This document shows positions 16,068-23,134 of a stretch of DNA of 64,000 bases, in pieces. Below the pieces are notes generated by a model. It was not told the DNA's origin. It did no database searches and saw only the letters and a program-made list of their open reading frames with translations. Position numbers and translations under genes: made by a program. This DNA comes from Verrucomicrobiota bacterium (GTDB lineage: Bacteria > Verrucomicrobiota > Verrucomicrobiia > Limisphaerales > Palsa-1400), in assembly GCA_049517295.1 (NCBI GenBank), contig JBEKSF010000007.1:7153-71152 (forward strand), written 5' to 3'. Positions within the stretch are counted from its first letter, which is position 1. Each line of letters opens with the position of its first letter.

Positions 16068-17321
16068 TTACGGCCGCGAATTGCCGGGGTCCACGATAGC
16101 ACCCAGGAACAGTACGCTGCCAGTTGCGTTGTCGCAGATGGCGACGAGGAAGGGATGGTCCACAATCATCTCGAAAGGGGGTGGTTCCTTTTTGGGGTCG
16201 TGAATACCCGCTGTCAACGTGAGTACGGTCGCTGCGCCCGCCATTGTGCCCTGCTCGTTCACTTCGACGAATGTCTTTTGCACGACACTGCTGACGTACA
16301 AGCTCTGGTCAGAAATCCCGCTGAAATCGGCTTCGGGAGTAAAAGCGCGGCGTATCCCCAAAGCGGCCAACGAGCCGTCCAATCCGTAGCTATTCTCCAA
16401 TTTCATGTGCGGCAATTCCACTGAGCCGGCCCGGCCGGTCATTTGGGCAGTCCATTTCTTCCAGTTGTCCGGTGTCAACTGGTTCACCAAAGTGCTCAAC
16501 GAGGACTTTGGCAGGATGACATACATCGCGACATGGTAAGAGTAGGGCAGCGCGATGGCTTGCAGTTGTCGGTTTTCAAAATACTGAAACCTGCCGGTCT
16601 GATACATTCTTGGATACTTTGGCGTCTTGCCGTCTCCTAGCTTGAAAGGCTTGTCACTGGTCAGCTTGGGATCGAATTGGAACAACCAATCGCTCTTAAA
16701 GTAAATGGCATCGAGCACGATCACCTGCGTCAACGGATCCAGCGGTGGCGCCAGGATTTGCGGGATTGTTCCGTGAGTGTGCTCGCTCACCCAGGCGTTG
16801 ATCAGCGGCACAGTAGCGGGGGCGCTGAAATCCGCGCCCGAAACCTGCGCCTTAAATGACTCCTGGTTGACGGAAAGGAAAGAGGGCTTTATCGGGAAGC
16901 CCTTGTTGATCCACAAACTATTGGCAATCTCCAATTGAGTTTTCGTCCCCTGCCCGTCTCCGTGGTTGAGATTCTGCAGGCATTGGAGCAAAGAGGCGGT
17001 GGCAGCAATTGCCTCCGGCGCGCCCATGCGGTCGATCTGCAACGCCTGTCGGATTTCTTCCCCGGTCTGGCCACCGGCCCCATTTTGCACCATGGCCAAG
17101 GCAAAACCCGCCCCGACTGGACTAATGAAAATATTCTTGTCGGGAAGAGACCTCCGCATTTGTGCCAGCAGGTTGAACCCAAAAGCATTATACGCCCCTG
17201 CCACGTTCCGCGCGGCGCGCCAATCGACGCTTTGGGCGTGCGCGGGCAAAGGCTCCGATAGCGTGCAGAGGATCAGGAGAATCAGCGAATCGAACGTAAG
17301 GGGAGAGAGATTCGATTTCAC
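16068..17321 (-). CDS. Secreted serpin-family protease inhibitor
   Basis: 417 aa with a signal peptide. Serpin core motifs are NIFISPVGAGFALAMV and IVLDAIYFKSDWLFQF. The reactive-centre hinge is FVEVNEQGTMAGAATV, followed by FEMIVDHPFLVAICDNATGSVLFLGAIVDP. Confidence 0.85.
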   Translation of the reverse strand: MKSNLSPLTFDSLILLILCTLSEPLPAHAQSVDWRAARNVAGAYNAFGFNLLAQMRRSLPDKNIFISPVGAGFALAMVQNGAGGQTGEEIRQALQIDRMGAPEAIAATASLLQCLQNLNHGDGQGTKTQLEIANSLWINKGFPIKPSFLSVNQESFKAQVSGADFSAPATVPLINAWVSEHTHGTIPQILAPPLDPLTQVIVLDAIYFKSDWLFQFDPKLTSDKPFKLGDGKTPKYPRMYQTGRFQYFENRQLQAIALPYSYHVAMYVILPKSSLSTLVNQLTPDNWKKWTAQMTGRAGSVELPHMKLENSYGLDGSLAALGIRRAFTPEADFSGISDQSLYVSSVVQKTFVEVNEQGTMAGAATVLTLTAGIHDPKKEPPPFEMIVDHPFLVAICDNATGSVLFLGAIVDPGNSRP

Positions 17322-17424
17322 GGAGTGATTTTACCGGAGAGCCGCTTATGGAACAAGGACTATAGCGATAGCAGAGGGCTTCCGAGCGGAGGTGGCAACA
17401 GCGTTCATTGTCGGCCCAAATTGC

Positions 17425-18852
17425 TTACACAAGCAAGTTCTCGAACGGGAGGAGAAAATCGAAATAGTCAGACGGCTGGATCTCTGGGTGCAGTTCCCCT
17501 TGATAGATCAACCCGGTTCGCACGGACAGGGAACGAGGAACTTTAAGCCGTTCAACTTTCTCGCGCACCTCGGAGACAATCGCCTTGCCGATTTGCCGCC
17601 GGAATTTGACCTCGAATACGTAGAGAGATTGGCGGGTCCGAATGAGTAGGTCAACCTGGCAACCTTCCTGACGGTGAGCGGGACGCCGGCAATAGGGGCC
17701 GGCATTAAGAATCGGCACATTCGCCAGGCCGGTCTTGCCAAATACTGTCGCCAAATTGCCCAGCACCAGGTTCTCGAATTGCAGCCCCATCAAGGTGTCC
17801 CAGCCGGGCAGTGACCCCATCGACGTCCATCTAAATAGCCCTTTCTCGACGGCCCCGCGAACCGGCTCCACACAGCGCAGGTAGAATCGGATGTAATTGT
17901 CGCAAAGACGGTAGCGCACTCCGTAGGGATGCGTCCGTCCGGTCACCGGATCAAAGGAGGCATCGCGACTGATAAATCCTGCCGCCGCCAAGTCTTCTGC
18001 GACGGCACTCAACGTCCCGCCTCGCTCTTGGCCCAACGCGGCGCTGATTTCCGAAACGGCTTTGGGTCCTTCCGCCAGCGCGGCTGCCACTTTTCGATAG
18101 GCCTCGGCGCGGCGCGAAAAAATGTCGTGAAAAATTTGGTCGAATTCGCGGAAAAGCAATCCGCCGGGATGAAAACAGAGCCTTTTAATATTCTGTTCCG
18201 CACTTTGCGCGGGGTCGATTTCTTCGAGATAACGAGGCACGCCCCCGGTGATCGACAGGACCTTCAGCTTCTCCGAGGCGCTGATTTCCTTGCCGCGCCA
18301 AAAGAGATTGCACGATGGCAGGGACAGCGGCGGCAGGCGAAATTGCCACGAACATCTTCCGACGAAGCCGGTCTGATTTAAGATGTTTTCCTGAATCCAT
18401 GAGGTCACTGAGCCGCACAGGACCAGGACCAGCCGATCGCGCCGGGAAAACAGATTGTCCCATGCCACCTTCAAATGGCCGGCGAAGTCAGGCTCACCCA
18501 CAGCCATCCAGGAAATCTCGTCCAACAGCAACACCGTCCGTCCAGTGGCCGGCAGAAGGCTGGCCAGAAGTTGAAACGCCTGCGGCCAGTTCTCCAGCGC
18601 AACCTTGGGCGCTTTGGTTTGATCAGACAGACGTTGCGTGAAGATATCCAATTGCTCCTTCCGCCCAATGTTTGGCCGCGGTGGCAGTCCTTCAAAGGAT
18701 AGAAAGTGGTCCGCCTCTCGGGCGCACTCCCGGACAAATGTGCTCTTCCCGATGCGGCGGCGCCCCTCGCAGACTACCAGCGATGCGGTTTTCTTGCGGA
18801 AAAGCTGCCGAAATTCCGCCTGCTCAGTCTCACGTCCAACAAATAGAGCCAT
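17425..18852 (-). CDS. ATPase (Arch_ATPase/ATPase_2 type) with C-terminal DUF234-like PD-(D/E)xK domain
   Basis: Motifs include FVGRETEQAEF, Walker A GRRRIGKST and Walker B VLLLDEISWM. Also present are LCGSVTSWI, ITGGVPRYLEEI and the C-terminal VDLLIRTRQSLYVFEVKF (D...ExK). The ORF track starts at 18945, but its first 31 codons are repeat-derived, so ATG 18852 (MALFVGRE) is preferred. Confidence 0.8.
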   Translation of the reverse strand: MALFVGRETEQAEFRQLFRKKTASLVVCEGRRRIGKSTFVRECAREADHFLSFEGLPPRPNIGRKEQLDIFTQRLSDQTKAPKVALENWPQAFQLLASLLPATGRTVLLLDEISWMAVGEPDFAGHLKVAWDNLFSRRDRLVLVLCGSVTSWIQENILNQTGFVGRCSWQFRLPPLSLPSCNLFWRGKEISASEKLKVLSITGGVPRYLEEIDPAQSAEQNIKRLCFHPGGLLFREFDQIFHDIFSRRAEAYRKVAAALAEGPKAVSEISAALGQERGGTLSAVAEDLAAAGFISRDASFDPVTGRTHPYGVRYRLCDNYIRFYLRCVEPVRGAVEKGLFRWTSMGSLPGWDTLMGLQFENLVLGNLATVFGKTGLANVPILNAGPYCRRPAHRQEGCQVDLLIRTRQSLYVFEVKFRRQIGKAIVSEVREKVERLKVPRSLSVRTGLIYQGELHPEIQPSDYFDFLLPFENLLV

Positions 18853-19016
18853 ATCATTTTGTGCCGCTCTCTGGCGGCTGATGTCTGGCACAAAACAACG
18901 CTTTTGTCGATTTTGTGCCAAAACCTTATGCTCACATTTTGGCACAAAATCGCCAATTCGTCAATTTCGTGCCAAAGTTATTTGCCTCAATCCTGCCACG
19001 ATGCCCCCGCTGCTTG
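18848..19016 (+). repeat. Direct repeat DR-B (right boundary of islet) = divergent promoter region between the ATPase and GH-GT2 genes
   Basis: Matches DR-A. It contains half-sites TTTTGTGCC (18857), TGGCACAAAA (18886), TTTTGTGCCA (18911), TTTTGGCACAAAAT (18937) and ATTTCGTGCCAAA (18964), which form two inverted-repeat pairs. Confidence 0.7.
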
Positions 19017-19178
19017 GAGTTTGACGAAAAAAGTGAAGCGGGACAGACTGCGGCCCGTCAAACGCGACAGGATGAAAACCTTAGGTTTTGCCAGGCTTGT
19101 CTGTTCCCTCCCCCCCGCCTGCCGGGCCGGAGCGGATGCGGACAAGCTCCAAGCCCGCGCTCCGGCAACGTCGTGCGC

Positions 19179-21725
19179 ATGAACACTCCCCTTTCGACAG
19201 CTTCTTCCTCGCGCCCCGTGGTCAGCGGGAAGTTCTTTCGCGTCGGCGCCCACAAGTTCTATCCCAAGGGCGTCACTTATGGGCCGTTCCGGCCCGGCGC
19301 GGCCGGCGAGCCGTTTCTGAGCCGGGGCGACACGGAGCGGGATATGGAACTCATTGGCCGGCTGGGGGCCAACCTGATGCGCGTTTATCACGTGCCGCCC
19401 CGCTGGCTGCTGGACCTGGCCGAGCAACACGGATTGAAGCTGCTCATTGACATTCCCTGGAACAAGCATCTGTGCTTCCTGGATTCTCCGGCCCTTCAGG
19501 ACGAGGCCCGCAACGCCGTCCGCGCCGCCGTCCAATCCTGCGCGCGGCATCCGGCCGTTTTCGCGTACAGCGTTGTCAACGAATTGCCGCCCGACATCGT
19601 GCGCTGGAGCGGGGCGGCCGCGGTGGAAAACTTTCTTGACGAGCTGGCGCAGGCGGCCAAATGGGTCGATCCGGAGTGCCTCTGCACCTTTGGCAATTAT
19701 CCGCCGACGGAATTCTTGCGGCCGCAGAACATGGATTTCGCCTGCTTCAATGTCTATCTTCACCAGCAGCGGCCCTTCGAGAATTACCTGGCGCGCTTGC
19801 AGATGATAGCCGATGCCAGGCCGCTGATGCTGGGGGAACTGGGCATGGACAGCCTGCGGGAAGGCGAGGCCCAAAAATGCGAGACGCTCCAGTGGCAGAT
19901 CGAGTCCGCCTTCCGCGCGGGGCTGGCAGGGGCTGTCATATATAGTTTTACCGATGAGTGGCACAAGGACGGGCGCGACGTGCCGGACTGGCAGTTTGGG
20001 TTGACGACCCGCGAACGGGCGCCGAAGGCCTCGTTCGAGGCGGTGGCGGCCAAATTTGCGCAGGCCCCCTATTTCCCGCTGCATCGCTACCCCAAAGTAA
20101 GTGTCGTGGTCGCGTGCTACAACGGCGGGCGCACCTTGCAGCCGTGCCTGGATTCTCTGGGCCGGCTCAATTACCCGTCCTACGAGGTCATCGTGGTCGA
20201 TGACGGATCGAGCGACATCACCCCGCAGGTGGCGTCGCTCTACAAGAAGTTCCGCTGCCTGCGCCAGGAGCACCAAGGATTGGCGGTCGCGCGCAACGCC
20301 GGCATTTTTGCCGCCGAGGGTGAGGTCGTGGCGTTCACCGACGCCGACTGCCGTCCGGATGAGGATTGGCTTTACTACCTGGCGGGGGACTTGCTCAAGG
20401 GGGCATTCGTCGGGGTGGGAGGCCATAATTTCCTGCCGCCGGACGACTCGGCGGTCGCGGCGGCGGTGATGGTCTCGCCGGGCGGTCCGGCGCACGTCAT
20501 GCTCAGCGACCGCCAGGCGGAGCACGTCCCCGGCTGCAACATGGCGTTCTACAAATGGGCGCTGACGGAGATTGGCGGGTTTGACCCGATCTTTCAGCGG
20601 GCCGGCGACGACGTGGACGTGTGCTGGCGGTTGCAGCAGCGGGGCTATCGCATTGGATTCAGTCCGCCGGCATTCGTCTGGCATTACCGGCGCTCGACCG
20701 TGGGAGCGTATCTCCTCCAGCAAAGCGGCTACGGGGAAGCCGAGGCGATGCTCGTGCGGCGGCATCCGGAGTATTTCAACACCTTCGGCGGCAGCGTCTG
20801 GCAGGGGCGGATCTACACCACGTCCAAATTCGGGCTGATGCTGCGGCGTCCGATGATATACCGCGGGCTGTTTGGAACGGGTTTCTTCCAAAGCCTCTAT
20901 CAATCCGAACCGGCGACGGTGCTGATGCTCTGCACCAGCCTGGAATACCACGCGCTGGTGAATCTGCCGTTGCTGGCGCTCTCGGTTCCGTTCCGGATAT
21001 TGCTGCCGCTGGCGCTGGCCAGCGTCACCTTTTCACTGGCGGTATGCGTGGCGGCGGGGGTCCAGGCCGCGCTCCCGCGCAACAAACGGCGCTTCTGGTC
21101 GCGTCCCCTGGTCGCGCTGCTTTTTTTCCTCCAACCCATTGTGCGCGGATGGGCGCGCTACCAGGGACGCCTCAGTTTCGGACCAACGCCGAGAAAGGCG
21201 ATCGAATCGCTGGAGTCCCTGGCCCTCAGGGACCGGCCCGCCGCGATGGAGCAGGTGGAGTATTGGTCGGAAAGCCGGCTGGACCGGCTGGATTTCGTGC
21301 GCCACATCATCCAACGGCTGGACGAGCAAGGGTGGGAGATCAAGGCCGACGCGGGTTGGAGCGATTTCGACGTGGAGATATTTGGCAGCCGATGGGCGCA
21401 CCTGCAACTGGCCACCGTGGAGGAGGCCCACGCCGGGGGCCGGCAACGGCTGCGCTGCCGCCTGCGCACCGCCTGGTCGCTCTCGGCCAAGGTCGCCCTG
21501 TGCTCCATGCTGGGTTTCGAGTTGGTGGTCATTGGGTTTGTCTGGCACTCGCTGTGGCAGATTTGGTTCTTGCTTCTCACCGTCCCGGCCTTCGCCTGGT
21601 ATGTCACCCGCGAGCAAAGCGAATTGCAGCGCCTGATCTCGGTTGTCCTCGACGACATCGCGCGCAAAAGCGGCATGATCAAATTGGAAGAGGGGAAGTT
21701 GCATCCGCCGCCTGTCTCCGCATAA
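19179..21725 (+). CDS. Fusion protein: clan GH-A-like TIM-barrel glycosidase + family-2 glycosyltransferase + C-terminal multi-pass membrane domain
   Basis: The N-terminal domain has VVNELP (acid/base NE) and LGELGMDS (nucleophile E). The GT2 core is VSVVVACYNGGRTL...YEVIVVDDGSSD...FTDADC...GDDVDVCWRLQQRGYRI. Hydrophobic helices follow after ~aa 600. The ORF track start 18915 lies in the repeat; ATG 19179 (MNTPLSTASS) is preferred. Confidence 0.75.
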   Translation: MNTPLSTASSSRPVVSGKFFRVGAHKFYPKGVTYGPFRPGAAGEPFLSRGDTERDMELIGRLGANLMRVYHVPPRWLLDLAEQHGLKLLIDIPWNKHLCFLDSPALQDEARNAVRAAVQSCARHPAVFAYSVVNELPPDIVRWSGAAAVENFLDELAQAAKWVDPECLCTFGNYPPTEFLRPQNMDFACFNVYLHQQRPFENYLARLQMIADARPLMLGELGMDSLREGEAQKCETLQWQIESAFRAGLAGAVIYSFTDEWHKDGRDVPDWQFGLTTRERAPKASFEAVAAKFAQAPYFPLHRYPKVSVVVACYNGGRTLQPCLDSLGRLNYPSYEVIVVDDGSSDITPQVASLYKKFRCLRQEHQGLAVARNAGIFAAEGEVVAFTDADCRPDEDWLYYLAGDLLKGAFVGVGGHNFLPPDDSAVAAAVMVSPGGPAHVMLSDRQAEHVPGCNMAFYKWALTEIGGFDPIFQRAGDDVDVCWRLQQRGYRIGFSPPAFVWHYRRSTVGAYLLQQSGYGEAEAMLVRRHPEYFNTFGGSVWQGRIYTTSKFGLMLRRPMIYRGLFGTGFFQSLYQSEPATVLMLCTSLEYHALVNLPLLALSVPFRILLPLALASVTFSLAVCVAAGVQAALPRNKRRFWSRPLVALLFFLQPIVRGWARYQGRLSFGPTPRKAIESLESLALRDRPAAMEQVEYWSESRLDRLDFVRHIIQRLDEQGWEIKADAGWSDFDVEIFGSRWAHLQLATVEEAHAGGRQRLRCRLRTAWSLSAKVALCSMLGFELVVIGFVWHSLWQIWFLLLTVPAFAWYVTREQSELQRLISVVLDDIARKSGMIKLEEGKLHPPPVSA

Positions 21726-21732
21726 TGCGCGC

Positions 21733-23130
21733 ATGAAAGTAACACAGGTTGCCATCTGTCCCAGCGAGGCCTCGCGCAACGCCGGGCGGCCCGCCCTGAC
21801 GCCCGAGTTGCTGGCGGCCAGCGGCGCCCGCTATTCCCGCAATAACGAGGGACTGGAGGCCATCCTCTCAAAAATCGATCCGGCCCATCTGGAAAAGTCG
21901 GTCGATTCCATTTTTCGCATGGTCGATTACGGCCACCAGTCCATCGCCGACATGGTTCCGGTGGCGATGTTCATCGACGGGATTTCCATCTGGCTGGCCT
22001 ATTATATCTGGACGCTGTGCCCGACGGCGGGAGGGCAGGAGTCTTCCACCCGCTACATTAAAATTTCCGCCGAGGGCCTGATCGCACCGGAGCATCTGGG
22101 CATTGCGGAGGAGGAGACAGGCGAGTGGCGCGCGCTCATGAGCGGTTGTTTCGACGCTTATCAAGCCGCGCTGGAGATATGGGACCAAGTGGCCGCCGGC
22201 AACCCGGCGTTGATGGGCATCCCGCGATCCTTGCTGGATGACGGCTCCGATGCCGCACGCAAAAAGGTGATGCGGATGCGGCGCAATTACGCCTTCGACC
22301 GCGCCCGGTATTTTCTGCCCGCAAGCGCGGCGACCAATGTGATGCTGATCATGTCGGCCCGCGGCTGGGTCAACCTCTGCCAGTATCTGCTGGCCCAGCC
22401 GTTGCCAGAGGCCGTGCGCCTGGGAGAATCGGTGCGCGCGGAACTGGAAATCCCCGCCCCGCGCATGATCAAACACGCGCGCCGGACCGACGCGGTGGCG
22501 GGGGCGATTGCCGATGAGTTTGCAAAACTGGCTCGACGGGCCAGAAGAGAGCCGCTGACCGCTGGCGAGGAAGGCTTGGCGGTGCCTTACCTGTCCGTCA
22601 TGCCGCCGGAAGGAATCTCAGACGAAGATTTCGCCGCCGACCTGGCGCACCACGCCCACCGTTATGCGCCCATCGGGAGCACCTTGCCGAGAACCAGCGT
22701 GCGGTTCGGGTGGTCGGCCATTGGATTTGCCGAGATTCGGGATTTGAACCGGCATCGCACGGGAGCCAAGTATTGCCCGCAGATTCCCAAGGGATTTTAC
22801 TTCGCGGCCGATCAAATGCCAGCCGCGGACATGGAGAAGCGGACGCGCCTGGACGGCCTGGCGGCCATTGGGCGTCAGGCCACCGCCGCGGCCGCCCGGC
22901 GCCTGGCCGAATCCAGCCCGGCTTACATTTACTGGACATTGTTGGGAACGGAGTTTCCGTTCGAGCATGTCACCACGGCGGACAAATTCATATACGAGGC
23001 CGAGTTAAGGACGGGGCTGGGCGCGCATTTCCGCTACGCCAAACACTTGCGCGACGCGCTGGCGCTCTTTTACGAGCGGTTTCCGTCAACAAGAGGACTC
23101 ATCCTCGAAGGGGCGGCGGAGCCGGAATAG
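21733..23130 (+). CDS. ThyX-fold (Thy1 domain) protein with internal tandem duplication; not a canonical thymidylate synthase
   Basis: 465 aa. Half 1 has GHQSIADMVPVAMFIDGISIW...GGQESSTRY and ARYFLPASAATNVMLIMSARGW, with no RHR. Half 2 has FAEIRDLNRHRTGAKY and a C-terminal helix region resembling the ThyX C-terminus. It starts 8 nt after the GH-GT2 stop. Confidence 0.6.
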   Translation: MKVTQVAICPSEASRNAGRPALTPELLAASGARYSRNNEGLEAILSKIDPAHLEKSVDSIFRMVDYGHQSIADMVPVAMFIDGISIWLAYYIWTLCPTAGGQESSTRYIKISAEGLIAPEHLGIAEEETGEWRALMSGCFDAYQAALEIWDQVAAGNPALMGIPRSLLDDGSDAARKKVMRMRRNYAFDRARYFLPASAATNVMLIMSARGWVNLCQYLLAQPLPEAVRLGESVRAELEIPAPRMIKHARRTDAVAGAIADEFAKLARRARREPLTAGEEGLAVPYLSVMPPEGISDEDFAADLAHHAHRYAPIGSTLPRTSVRFGWSAIGFAEIRDLNRHRTGAKYCPQIPKGFYFAADQMPAADMEKRTRLDGLAAIGRQATAAAARRLAESSPAYIYWTLLGTEFPFEHVTTADKFIYEAELRTGLGAHFRYAKHLRDALALFYERFPSTRGLILEGAAEPE

Positions 23131-23134
23131 AAGC

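Noticed and set aside
14373-19016. Calling the tRNA-His-adjacent block an integrative element or prophage remnant.
   Set aside because: No integrase, recombinase, transposase or phage gene is present. The direct repeats do not include the tRNA 3' end. It is therefore reported only as a putative islet, not annotated as a mobile element.
18853-19178. N-terminal extensions in the ORF track: 1485 for hprK, 18945 for the ATPase, 18915 for GH-GT2, 31633 for pfk, 31332 for the small membrane protein, 48932 for the RR, 49099 for the ankyrin protein, 58233 for the GlcF-like gene, 54827 for tig and 46961 for the transglutaminase-like gene.
   Set aside because: The extra residues are translations of intergenic repeats or of the upstream gene's 3' end. 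Internal ATG/GTG codons give N-termini matching family norms (signal peptides or conserved first motifs).
21733-23130. Annotating the 465-aa protein simply as thyX (FAD-dependent thymidylate synthase).
   Set aside because: It is double the normal length. The RHR and S-x-RY motifs are split between the two halves, and the context is polysaccharide-type. Only the fold family is claimed.
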